The notes: a model not told the origin generated them from the letters alone. A DNA stretch of 63,845 bases from an uncultured archaeon (GCA_964461205.1 CAYWUL010000004.1:1-63845); one strand, 5' to 3'. Shown: positions 37,441 to 46,769, counted from the first letter of the stretch. Numbers and translations are program-made.

Positions 37441-38283
37441 TTACATCCTAAATTTTCTTTCTACTTCCATGTTCAATAAATCACACGCGGTTTTTATTGA
37501 TTCCATTTGTAGAATAATTCTTTCTTTTTCTAGTTCGATTTCACTTATTGCTTCGTATGGTTCTATTGCATCTTTGAACATGCTTCTATCAATGTAGGGA
37601 TATGGGAATGAATCCATTTTTTTAGAAACGTTTGCTACGGTTCTTCCTAACCAAACATTTAATCCTCTTTTTACTGGACCTTTAATTGTTTTTCCTTCAT
37701 CTAAACTAGAACGTAATTTGTTTGTTATAGTTGCTTTTGGAAAAGGCAATTTATCATCTTCTAAAGAAAGAGAAATTGCTGTTTTTTTGTCGCCAGAATC
37801 TATTTTGTTGATTAGTGCTTCACATTCGGTTTTTATTTTTGTAATACTCTTTGTTAATTCTTCTCTTTGTTTGTTAATATTTTCTATTTCTTCATATGGA
37901 GCAATAGCTTCTTTTAACATATCATAATTAGCAAAGGTATATGGTTGTGAATTCATTTTTGTTGCAATTCTTTGTATCATTTCTGCAACCCAAAGATTCA
38001 TTTCATCTTTTACTGTTCCTTTAATTTGTTTTCCAGGAGCAATGTTTTTTCTAACAATTTTTGTTATAGTTGCTCTTGGAAAAGGTAATTTTCCATCATC
38101 TTCAATATTCTCACGAACGCTAGTTTCATCAGTTTCTTCTGAATTATCATCGTTATTTTCTTCTAACTCTTCTTCTTCAATCTCTTCAGAATCATCATTT
38201 TCTTCTAGTTGTGCTTCTTTTTTCTCTTCATCAGTCATTCTCATCACCTTTTTACCGTGCTCTCTAATACAATTTTGAAACAT
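37441..38283 (-). CDS. tandem-duplicated histone-fold-like protein with acidic N-terminal tail
   Basis: There are two ~70-aa repeats (LPFPRATITKIVRKNIAPGKQIKGTVKDEMNLWVAEMIQRIATKM... and LPFPKATITNKLRSSLDEGKTIKGPVKRGLNVWLGRTVANVSKKM...). Each is followed by a coiled-coil segment. The N-terminal 60 aa are D/E-rich. Confidence 0.4.
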   Translation of the reverse strand: MFQNCIREHGKKVMRMTDEEKKEAQLEENDDSEEIEEEELEENNDDNSEETDETSVRENIEDDGKLPFPRATITKIVRKNIAPGKQIKGTVKDEMNLWVAEMIQRIATKMNSQPYTFANYDMLKEAIAPYEEIENINKQREELTKSITKIKTECEALINKIDSGDKKTAISLSLEDDKLPFPKATITNKLRSSLDEGKTIKGPVKRGLNVWLGRTVANVSKKMDSFPYPYIDRSMFKDAIEPYEAISEIELEKERIILQMESIKTACDLLNMEVERKFRM

Positions 38284-38350
38284 TTAAAATAAAAAGGCAT
38301 GGGTTTGGGTTAGAAAAAACCTTTAAAAGATTTAGGAAGTCAAACCAAAT

Positions 38351-39004
38351 CTAACCGATTATTGAAGCAAACATTAATGTTATACTTGCAAGAATTAGAA
38401 TTCCTATCATCAACATTTGAGACATATCAAGGTCGGCTATTCTTAGAATAAATACTGCAAGAGCAACTATCAATAATATTGCTCCAAAACCAAGCATTGT
38501 GTAAGAAAAAAACATTGATTTTTTTCTGAACTTGTGAACCTTTAATTGTTCAATATCAAGATCCATTTGGGTCATTCTTTCATTAATAGAATCAAGAGCA
38601 ATTTTTACCATTGAAACTGTTCTTTGTGATGTCCCAATAATTTTGTCTACTCTTTCTTCAAAAGATTTTGATTCTTTTATTACTTGTTCTTTTGCTTCGC
38701 CAAGTTCAGCAGTAGCAAGTTCTCTTACTCTTCCTTTTTCTTCTTGTTCAATTGCTTCTAAATCTTTGTGAATTATTTCTTCAAACACTTTTCTTTGTTC
38801 TTGGAATTCATCTTTTACAAGAGCATTAACTTCTTTTTTTAACAAAGTAAAAGTATCGGCTTCTGCAATTAATAATAATTTTTTTGCTTGTTCATCTTCA
38901 ACGCCAAGGTCATGCAATGTTGCAACAATCTTTTCTCTTGGTTGTCCTTCTTGCACCATTTTTTGTATTACTTCAATTATTGATTCTTCGCCCATTCCAA
39001 TCAA
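38351..39004 (-). CDS. coiled-coil protein with two C-terminal TM helices
   Basis: 217 aa. It is the last gene of the minus-strand triplet headed by the KaiC-like gene and overlaps the upstream gene by 4 nt. Confidence 0.45.
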   Translation of the reverse strand: MIGMGEESIIEVIQKMVQEGQPREKIVATLHDLGVEDEQAKKLLLIAEADTFTLLKKEVNALVKDEFQEQRKVFEEIIHKDLEAIEQEEKGRVRELATAELGEAKEQVIKESKSFEERVDKIIGTSQRTVSMVKIALDSINERMTQMDLDIEQLKVHKFRKKSMFFSYTMLGFGAILLIVALAVFILRIADLDMSQMLMIGILILASITLMFASIIG

Positions 39005-39690
39005 CTCGTAATTGTTATAGTATGAGAATAATTTTGTTCCAATTTTCCAACACGCAAAACAAATTTCATCTTCGCCATACCTGGATTAATAGGTGTCAAA
39101 GTAGAATTTAAATTTTTGCAATCGTTTACTCCAAGAGAAACTGTCCTTGGAAAGAAAGGTTCTTCAAAATAACTTCCCTCAACACTCTCAATCCAATAAA
39201 CTTCAAACAAATCACTTTCAGAAACATTACACAAACGAACAATCATATCATACTTGTTTCCAACAGTCATAGAACTTGTTAATTGTACTTCCGCAGTAAC
39301 AGGCCGGACTGTTGTTTCATCTAACTCAAAATGTAAATGTACCGGGCGATTAAAAGAAGATGTAATATACACTTCATATTGAAGGTTTTCTGAAAATGGG
39401 ATTTCTGTAGTAAATTCTACTCGATCATTCGCACTTATACTTTGAACAACGGCAACTCTTTCTTCATTATTCATTACAACTTTTACTTGAGCATCATCAA
39501 TACTATGGTTTGAATTATTCACTATATCTGCTTTTAACAAAACTTGATCTCCAACTAATTCTAAAGAAGCATTCTCCACAGTAAGAACTTGTGTAAAAGA
39601 AATAAAATATATTAATGTGAAGAATATTATTGCAAAAACTATTATGAAAACAGGATAAACTATTTTTCTTGAAATAAACATCTTACTCAC
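39001..39690 (-). CDS. N-terminally anchored beta-rich extracytoplasmic protein
   Basis: 229 aa. It has an N-terminal TM (VYPVFIIVFAIIFFTLIYFISF) followed by two beta-rich halves. Confidence 0.45.
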   Translation of the reverse strand: MSKMFISRKIVYPVFIIVFAIIFFTLIYFISFTQVLTVENASLELVGDQVLLKADIVNNSNHSIDDAQVKVVMNNEERVAVVQSISANDRVEFTTEIPFSENLQYEVYITSSFNRPVHLHFELDETTVRPVTAEVQLTSSMTVGNKYDMIVRLCNVSESDLFEVYWIESVEGSYFEEPFFPRTVSLGVNDCKNLNSTLTPINPGMAKMKFVLRVGKLEQNYSHTITITS

Positions 39691-39728
39691 CCCTGTTTAA
39701 CCAATTATATAAATTCAACCTTTTCAAA

Positions 39729-40385
39729 TTATTCAACCTTCTCTACTTTTATAATATCATCAAAAAATTGTCCTAACCTAGGAACAAGAACATCTTTATT
39801 CAATAAATAATAACCTGCTGTTTTGTATTTATGTAATAGTCTTGTTAAAGAATAGATAAATTTTAACAATATCTTTTCTTTATGATATAATTCTAGCACA
39901 CCAAGAGAATCAAAAATAAATATTGGTTTTTTTTCTTCAATAATATTTATCATTTTTATTTGTAATTGAGTCAGGTTTCTCAAAGAATCAATAAAATGAA
40001 CTTGTGAATTGTTTTTTTCTCTTTTAATATTATTTGTTATGGGATCAATTAGAAATACCTTGGTCAAATCTATTTTTGCACCAGAAAGAAACTCTTGTGC
40101 GGTTTTATAATTCATAGAAGTAAGAATTATTGCAGGAGTTCTGTTTTCTTTTAAAATACATTTTACCATCGCAATAATAACATCCTTATTGTTTATTGCA
40201 TCACAATGGATAAGAGTTTGGCCTTCAGCACATAAACCAATTTGTTTTGTTAATTGAGAAAAAATATTAGTTTCCCTAGAAAGCATTTCTTGTAAAGAAT
40301 CGAACTTTTTTGTCTCCTCTTCAATGCTTTTTGACACCCTTGTTTTGTCTGAGAGAATCGCTTCTACCTCTTCAATGCCCGCCAT
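39729..40385 (-). CDS. KaiC/ArlH-like RecA-fold protein lacking Walker A
   Basis: It retains a Walker B-like PIFIFDSLGVLELY and the KaiC-like layout. The P-loop position reads CDAINNKD. It is a paralog of 58235-58777. Confidence 0.5.
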   Translation of the reverse strand: MAGIEEVEAILSDKTRVSKSIEEETKKFDSLQEMLSRETNIFSQLTKQIGLCAEGQTLIHCDAINNKDVIIAMVKCILKENRTPAIILTSMNYKTAQEFLSGAKIDLTKVFLIDPITNNIKREKNNSQVHFIDSLRNLTQLQIKMINIIEEKKPIFIFDSLGVLELYHKEKILLKFIYSLTRLLHKYKTAGYYLLNKDVLVPRLGQFFDDIIKVEKVE

Positions 40386-40520
40386 AACTTACATATAACA
40401 TAAGTCATTATTAAATGTAATTAACAATAAAAAAACAGTATTTTTTTACTCAAGGACAAGTTATTAAACAAGAAAGAACTAATTATAAAAGTCTGCAAAA
40501 CAAAAAATTGGGTGCTTTTC

Positions 40521-43500
40521 ATGGTCTCAGACAAGGAAACTAAGAACGAAATGGCTTTTCTAGAAGATTTGAAGAAATTACAGAACGCAAACTCTGGTGG
40601 CGAACAAAAAAATTCCTTTGAAAAACTAAAGGAAATTTCAAAAAACAAAGTTAAAACAGAGCAAACAACACAAGGTAGCAAGATAGAAATGAATGAAATA
40701 AAAAAAATTGTTCCAGAACAAAGAATTGAAAAAATAGAAGAAAAACCAATTATTTTTGAAAAAAAAGAAATCGTACAAGAGACAGGTAACAAAAAAAATA
40801 TCATAAATGAAAAGAATGCAGTAATTAGAGAACCTGAAAAAGAATTAGAATTAAAAAGCGATTTTTTTACAAGAAAAGAGAAACCAATAGAACAAAAGTT
40901 TTCTTGGGAAAACAAAGAAAACATCGATATGCCAAGAGAAGAAGATTTTGAAGAAATCAGAACAATAAATGAAGAGACACCAATAGGAAATACTTACAAA
41001 GAATTACAAAGACAAAGAAACACAATGAGTTTTGATTGGGAAGAAAGAGCAAAAATTGATATGCCAAGAGAAGAAGATTTTTCGCCAACACACTTGGATT
41101 GGATGAAAAAAGAAATTAACCCAAAAACAGAATTGAGTGACAAAAAAGAAAGAGACGAAACAGAATTTCCATGGGAAGTAAATCAAAAAATAGGTGTCCC
41201 CACAAGAGAAGATTTTATTAATTCTTTAAAACAAGATGAAGAAATAAAAAAGGATTTTAGCTCAAGTGTTTCAGAAAATTTTGATTGGATGAAACACGAA
41301 ATAATTGATGCGCCAAAAAAAGACGATTTTACTATTGAAGAACCAACTGGCAATATGCTAAATAAAGAAATAGAAAAGCAACAAGGAATCGCAGATAACA
41401 AAATACAAAGCACAAATGTTTTGGAGAACAAAAAAATAGAAAATGAAAAAATTGAAAACAAAGAAAATATTACAACTAAAAAAGAGGAACTGCCAGGAAC
41501 AGGACCAAGATGGAAAACAACAAAATCAATTGAACCAAAAGAAGAAATTAAAGCAGAGTTTAAACCAAGCGGAGAAGAAAAAATAAAAGGACCAAAATGG
41601 TTTCATAAAAAAACAAACGATAATGCAATCCCAAAGCAAACGGAAGAACAAAAAGTTGGAGAAACAAAAATAGAAGAAAAAGTTGTTCTTGAAAAAAAAG
41701 AAACCTTGGAAAAAAATAAACCTTCTGAAGGCGGAGCAAGATGGAAACACACCACAATCTCAACTCCTGACGAGAAAAAAGTTGAAGGAAAAGCACAAAC
41801 AATTGTTGAAAACAAAACAAAAGAAGAACAAGCAAGTGTAACAAAAACAAGCGAGAAAGAAAATCAAAAAATAGAAAGTACTGTTGGAAAAACCAAAGTT
41901 GTTGATTCAGGACCGAGATGGAAAACAACAGGAACAGAAGATACTGAAACAAAAAAAGCATCTCATTTAAAGACACCAATCGATGGAATGTTTGAAATAC
42001 TAGAAAAATATAAGTCGGCAGATACAGAACAACTTGGAAAAGTTGTTAACATGAGTAGTTATGATGTTGAACAAATAATGAAGGATTTTGAAGATTATGA
42101 TATTGTAAAAATAAAGTATCCAACAAGCTTGAAGAAAAAACCAAGAGTTATCCTAAAAAAAGTTATTGAACCAAGAGTAAGAAAAGCACCAGTCGGAGAG
42201 ATATTAGATTCTTATAAATTAGAAGTCGACGATGTCCCTGCGGAAGTAGAAATTATTTTGTCAAAAGATGAGGCAAGACCATTATACACTATTAAGATGC
42301 CTGCGATAGGACCATACACAAAAAAGTTTTTAGAATTTTTAAAGAATGAAATCGCAGAAAACATTCCTGTTGAACTAGAAGAAATAATGGATCCAAAAAA
42401 ATCAAAACATTTGAAAGATAGGTTTTTTGAAGAATCACAAAAACACTTGATAAAATATTTCCCACAAAGCTCAAAAGAAATGCTAAACACTTTGAGTGGA
42501 GTAATACTACACGAAATGTATGGTTTGGGGGACATAGAAGTTATTCTTGGAGATGATATGCTAGAAGAAGTAGCAATTAATTCTGCAAAAACCCCAATAA
42601 CAGTTTACCATAGAATTCATGGTTGGTTAAAAACAAATTTGTATCCAGGAACAGAAACAGAAATCATGAATTATTCTTCACAAATTGGAAGAAAAGTTGG
42701 AAGAGAAATAACTACCTTGAGTCCAATACTTGATGCACACCTACTTTCAGGAGATCGTGTTAATGCTACACTGTTCCCTATCTCCTCCGAAGGAAACACA
42801 CTTACAATAAGACGGTTTGCGAGAAAACCATGGACACTTGTAGATTTTATTGGAAAAGCACACACAATGTCAAGCGAAATGGCAGCATTCTTGTGGCTAG
42901 CAATACAATTCGAAATGAATGTAATTGTTTCTGGAGGAACTGCTTCTGGAAAAACATCAACATTAAACACATTACTTTCACTTGTTCCTTCTTACCATAG
43001 ATTAATTTCTATTGAAGATGTAAGAGAAATTGTCTTGCCTGTTTATTTGAAATGGAATTGGATACCAATGGTAACAAGGTCAGCTAATCCAGAAGGACTA
43101 GGAGAAGTAACAATGCTTGACTGTATGATTTCAAGTTTGAGAATGAGACCTGACAGAATAATAGTTGGAGAAATAAGAAGAAAGAGAGAAGCAGAAGTAT
43201 TAATGGAAGCAATCGAAACAGGACACAGTATTTATTCAACAATACACGCTAACTCAGCATACCAAGTATTGAGAAGACTAGGAGAAGCACCAATGAGTAT
43301 TCCAGTAATGCAAATAGAACAATTAGATATAATTGTTGTTCAATTCCGTGACAGAAAAACAAACAAAAGAAGAACATATGAAATAGCAGAAATAGAACAA
43401 ACAAGCACTGGAAAAGGATTACAAGTAAATACTATTTTCAAGTGGGTTCCAAGAACAGACACATGGGAACAATTAAACAAACCAACAAAAATATTAACAT

Positions 43501-43709
43501 TATTGAATATGCACACCGGCTTAACAGAAGCAGAAATATATAAAGAACTAGATAAGAGAAAAGCTATTTTAGAATGGATGTTGGAACAAAATATTTCTGA
43601 TTTGGATATGATCGGTTACGTTGTAAAACTTTTCTACACTGACCCGACAAGAGTAGACAAAATGGCAAAAGACAAAGTGAACGCGGATAAAATCAAAGAG
43701 ATGATGTAA
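40521..43709 (+). CDS. type IV filament assembly ATPase (ArlI/PilB/GspE family) with ~490-aa N-terminal repeat extension
   Basis: The C-terminal ~560 aa carry Walker A (SGGTASGKTS), RPDRIIVGEIR and GHSIYSTIHANSA. The N-terminus is K/E-rich with four F-x-W-E..I-D-x-P-R-E-E-D-F repeats and four G-P/A-R/K-W-K/F repeats. A GTG at 40512 is an alternative start. Confidence 0.85.
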   Translation: MVSDKETKNEMAFLEDLKKLQNANSGGEQKNSFEKLKEISKNKVKTEQTTQGSKIEMNEIKKIVPEQRIEKIEEKPIIFEKKEIVQETGNKKNIINEKNAVIREPEKELELKSDFFTRKEKPIEQKFSWENKENIDMPREEDFEEIRTINEETPIGNTYKELQRQRNTMSFDWEERAKIDMPREEDFSPTHLDWMKKEINPKTELSDKKERDETEFPWEVNQKIGVPTREDFINSLKQDEEIKKDFSSSVSENFDWMKHEIIDAPKKDDFTIEEPTGNMLNKEIEKQQGIADNKIQSTNVLENKKIENEKIENKENITTKKEELPGTGPRWKTTKSIEPKEEIKAEFKPSGEEKIKGPKWFHKKTNDNAIPKQTEEQKVGETKIEEKVVLEKKETLEKNKPSEGGARWKHTTISTPDEKKVEGKAQTIVENKTKEEQASVTKTSEKENQKIESTVGKTKVVDSGPRWKTTGTEDTETKKASHLKTPIDGMFEILEKYKSADTEQLGKVVNMSSYDVEQIMKDFEDYDIVKIKYPTSLKKKPRVILKKVIEPRVRKAPVGEILDSYKLEVDDVPAEVEIILSKDEARPLYTIKMPAIGPYTKKFLEFLKNEIAENIPVELEEIMDPKKSKHLKDRFFEESQKHLIKYFPQSSKEMLNTLSGVILHEMYGLGDIEVILGDDMLEEVAINSAKTPITVYHRIHGWLKTNLYPGTETEIMNYSSQIGRKVGREITTLSPILDAHLLSGDRVNATLFPISSEGNTLTIRRFARKPWTLVDFIGKAHTMSSEMAAFLWLAIQFEMNVIVSGGTASGKTSTLNTLLSLVPSYHRLISIEDVREIVLPVYLKWNWIPMVTRSANPEGLGEVTMLDCMISSLRMRPDRIIVGEIRRKREAEVLMEAIETGHSIYSTIHANSAYQVLRRLGEAPMSIPVMQIEQLDIIVVQFRDRKTNKRRTYEIAEIEQTSTGKGLQVNTIFKWVPRTDTWEQLNKPTKILTLLNMHTGLTEAEIYKELDKRKAILEWMLEQNISDLDMIGYVVKLFYTDPTRVDKMAKDKVNADKIKEMM

Positions 43710-44605
43710 TGCAAGAAAAAAACCCAGTAATGATGTTGTTTCCACTAGAAAAAGCAAGGCATTTTAGTGATAAATATTTGTTTATTGGAAGAACATTATC
43801 AAAAATAATTTTCTCTCTTGAATATGATTTAAAAAATGCTGAAATAAAAATTGACGCAGAAAACTATTCACTCGCATCATTTATATCAGCCATAATTTAT
43901 GGAATATTATTTTTATTTGTCGGATTAGCATTCGGAGTTCTCATTGCAAAAGGATTTAACGCAACAACAATTATCATAACTATTGCAATTGGCATATTTG
44001 CTTTTTTAGGAGCACTAATTTTTCACTTATTGTACCCAAAAATACAAGCAATGCAATTAGCAAAAATGGTTGACCAAGAATTATTATTTGCATTAAGAAC
44101 TTTACTAATACAACTTAGTTCTGGAATAAGTTTGTTTGAAGCAATGAGATCTATTTCAAGGTCAAACTATGGGCAAGTTTCCGCAGAATTTGCAGAAGTT
44201 GTAAGAGATATTAACTCTGGAAAAAGTGAAACAACCGCTTTAGAAAAACTTGCATTCAGAACAAAATCCGATGTCCTAAAAAAAACTATTTGGCAAATAA
44301 TTACAACAATGAAATCTGGAGGATCAATTGCCAGCGCACTACAATCACAAATAGAAGAATTAGTCGCACAACAATCTGAAACAATAAAAAAATATGCAGC
44401 AGAACTAAATTTGTGGACATTAGTATACCTCATTATTGCAGCAGCAATGCCATCATTAGGAGTAACTTTCTTAGTAATAGCGTCTTCAATAGGTAGTTCA
44501 GGAATAGGAAAAGAAGCAGTAATATTAATCGCCGTGTTAGCAATGGTTATACAAGGAGCATTAATCTTTGTAATAAAAATGCAAGTTCCAAAGGTGATAA
44601 AATAA
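43709..44605 (+). CDS. type IV filament platform protein (TadB/C, ArlJ/PilC-like; one T2SSF domain)
   Basis: It has the T2SSF-type segment LLFALRTLLIQLSSGISLFEAMRSIS...SETTALEKLA plus 4 TM. Its ATG shares a base with the ATPase stop (TAATG). Confidence 0.8.
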   Translation: MQEKNPVMMLFPLEKARHFSDKYLFIGRTLSKIIFSLEYDLKNAEIKIDAENYSLASFISAIIYGILFLFVGLAFGVLIAKGFNATTIIITIAIGIFAFLGALIFHLLYPKIQAMQLAKMVDQELLFALRTLLIQLSSGISLFEAMRSISRSNYGQVSAEFAEVVRDINSGKSETTALEKLAFRTKSDVLKKTIWQIITTMKSGGSIASALQSQIEELVAQQSETIKKYAAELNLWTLVYLIIAAAMPSLGVTFLVIASSIGSSGIGKEAVILIAVLAMVIQGALIFVIKMQVPKVIK

Positions 44606-44742
44606 ATACTAGACAACTAGCATCAGTAGCGTCATTACTTGTTCCAAGAAAATTATTAGAAGGACCAATTTCTAACTGGTTAAAATATGCAGGATCACAC
44701 GATGACGAAAGAATATGGGCAGGAACAAGAGTATTCCTTTCT

Positions 44743-45654
44743 TTGTTAGTTGCAACAATAGGTTTTTTGATTCCATTCAGTGTTTTTCCAATATTAAATA
44801 TTTTCTTTGGTTATGAATTATACTTTGAACCCTTAATACAATTAGGAATAATGCTTGTATTAGCAGTGCTTGGTTTCTTTGCAACACTCGCACTTTTTTA
44901 TTTACACATCAATTATGTTATTGATGGAAGAAAAAAAATGGTTGAAGCAATATTGCCAGATTTTTTATTCTTGGTTGGAAACAATTTGAAAAGTGGAATG
45001 ACTCCATTCTATGCTTTTCGTTCAGCAGTAAGACCAGAATTTGGTCCACTAAGTGAAGAAATACAATTAGCAACAAAAAAGAGTTTAGGAATAGGATCTT
45101 TTGCTGACGCCCTAAAAGAAATCGCAGACAGAATTGATTCAAAAATTTTGAAAGACACAACAAAATTCTTTGCACATGCATTAAGATCTGGAGGAAGGCT
45201 AGCACAATTAATTGAAACAAGTGCTAATGATATAAAACAAACCAACCAATTAAAGAGAGACTTAGTTAATTCAACAAGAATGTATGTGTTGTTCATTGTG
45301 TTTGTTGTAATAATTGCATCACCAATGTTATTAGCAGTAAGTGTACAATTCCTAAATATTCTTAGTTCAATACAAACCGAAACTACTAATTTAAGCGGGG
45401 TCGGTAATGAAGATATTTCAAATCAAGTAGGTTTGGCAGGAGGACAAATAAGTATTGAACCAGAATTCATGCAATTCATGGGATACATCTTAATCATAAG
45501 TAACTCCGTCCTCGCCAGCATATTTGTCGGAGTCCTCAGTGGCGGCAAGATAAGAGACGGTTTAAAGTTTGCACCAGTATTATGCATTGTTGGCTTAATT
45601 TTATTCAGTATAATCGTTGAAGCAGTTGGATTATTAATTGGCGGAGCAATATAA
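44743..45654 (+). CDS. second T2SSF-domain platform protein (5' end unresolved)
   Basis: It has the T2SSF segment LPDFLFLVGNNLKSGMTPFYAFRSAV...SFADALKEIADR. The frame is open back past 44606 and encodes a plausible N-terminus (LASVASLLVPRKLLEGPISNWLKYAG), but without ATG/GTG/TTG. Confidence 0.8.
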   Translation: MLVATIGFLIPFSVFPILNIFFGYELYFEPLIQLGIMLVLAVLGFFATLALFYLHINYVIDGRKKMVEAILPDFLFLVGNNLKSGMTPFYAFRSAVRPEFGPLSEEIQLATKKSLGIGSFADALKEIADRIDSKILKDTTKFFAHALRSGGRLAQLIETSANDIKQTNQLKRDLVNSTRMYVLFIVFVVIIASPMLLAVSVQFLNILSSIQTETTNLSGVGNEDISNQVGLAGGQISIEPEFMQFMGYILIISNSVLASIFVGVLSGGKIRDGLKFAPVLCIVGLILFSIIVEAVGLLIGGAI

Positions 45655-45693
45655 ATAAACCCAATTTAACTCGTTTTAAACAACGAAAAGCTT

Positions 45694-45744
45694 TTTAAAT
45701 ACAAAAACCCTTAATCTTGCAATATTTATTCAATTAAAAGGAGG
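45694..45744 (+). promoter_or_regulatory. TATA-like box (tttaaata) and GGAGG Shine-Dalgarno upstream of pilin gene 1
   Basis: tttaaata lies at 45694-45701 and GGAGG at 45740-45744, with 9 nt between GGAGG and the ATG at 45754. The TTTAAATA motif recurs upstream of other genes in the window. Confidence 0.35.
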
Positions 45745-45753
45745 GAAAAAATC

Positions 45754-46209
45754 ATGTTTAGAAAAAGGGGACAAGGAACAATCGAATACCTAGTAATAAT
45801 AGCAATCGTTGTTGTTATTGCGTTAGTGGTTGTAGGTTTATTGTTGCAAGTAATGGACCAAGGATCAGGCATTCCAGAAGCAACAGCAAAAACAGCATGG
45901 AAATCTGCTCAACCTTGGGCAATAACAGACTGGGACCAAAACACTACAGCCCTGGCACTTGTACTAAAAAATAATTCGTATGAGTCAATGGAACTGGAAG
46001 ATGTACATGTTAATGGAACCGCAGCAGTTTTTGAAGACTTCAATGTCTCGTCTGGAGCAACATCAACAGTATATGTTGCATTAACAGCTACAACGGCAGG
46101 AGACAAATACTCTTACGCAAAAGCCAACATATATATAACATATAATACAGCAAACATTAACGGAAAAAACCAATATGCATTAGCTGATATCGTAGGAACA
46201 GTCAGTTAG
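45754..46209 (+). CDS. archaeal type IV pilin (class III signal peptide, Q+1 type)
   Basis: The N-terminus is MFRKRGQGTIEYLVIIAIVVVIALVVVGLL: a positively charged n-region, G/A|Q, E at +5 and a hydrophobic helix. Length is 151 aa. Confidence 0.75.
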   Translation: MFRKRGQGTIEYLVIIAIVVVIALVVVGLLLQVMDQGSGIPEATAKTAWKSAQPWAITDWDQNTTALALVLKNNSYESMELEDVHVNGTAAVFEDFNVSSGATSTVYVALTATTAGDKYSYAKANIYITYNTANINGKNQYALADIVGTVS

Positions 46210-46322
46210 ATAGAAATAGCCTTCGGACTATTTTCTATTTCTTTTTTTTAATTCTTTTTTATTTTTCGAAACAAAAACATTTAAATATATGAAATACTAT
46301 ACTAAGTCAATTGAGTGGTAAC

Positions 46323-46769
46323 ATGTTTAATAAAAAAGCACAAGGAACAATCGAATACCTAGTAATAATAGCAATCGTTGTTGTTATTGCGTTGGTGGTT
46401 GTTGGAATACTTATACAATTGTTAGGACAAGGTGCGGGCATAAACGAAACAAATTCTAAAATTGCTTGGCAATCAGCAGAACCATGGGCAATAACAGACT
46501 GGGACCACAATGGAACACAACTAACAATAGTATTACAAAACAATACTGCAAAAACAATGGATTTTGTTTCTATCACAGTGAATGGGGATGCTAATAATGA
46601 TTCTGGACAAACAGGAGTATCACCAAACACAAAAATTACTAGAACAATTCAAAAAGCATGTACAAGTGGAACAAAATATTCTTATTCAACAGTAACAATT
46701 GATTATAATTCTGAAGACATATCTGGAAAACAACAAACAGGAATTGCGGATATAATTGGGACTTGTTAA
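46323..46769 (+). CDS. archaeal type IV pilin paralog
   Basis: The N-terminus is MFNKKAQGTIEYLVIIAIVVVIALVVVGIL. Nucleotides 46341-46402 match 45772-45833 at 61 of 62 positions. A conserved PWAITDWD block follows. Confidence 0.75.
   Translation: MFNKKAQGTIEYLVIIAIVVVIALVVVGILIQLLGQGAGINETNSKIAWQSAEPWAITDWDHNGTQLTIVLQNNTAKTMDFVSITVNGDANNDSGQTGVSPNTKITRTIQKACTSGTKYSYSTVTIDYNSEDISGKQQTGIADIIGTC

Noticed and set aside
40421-41979. Antisense ORFs of 60-170 aa inside the ATPase N-terminal extension, and similar antisense ORFs inside ppdK, trpS, ileS and the T2SSF genes
   Set aside because: They lie opposite well-supported genes. Their low-complexity F/L/S-rich translations are typical of the reverse strand of K/E-rich coding sequence, and they carry no motifs.
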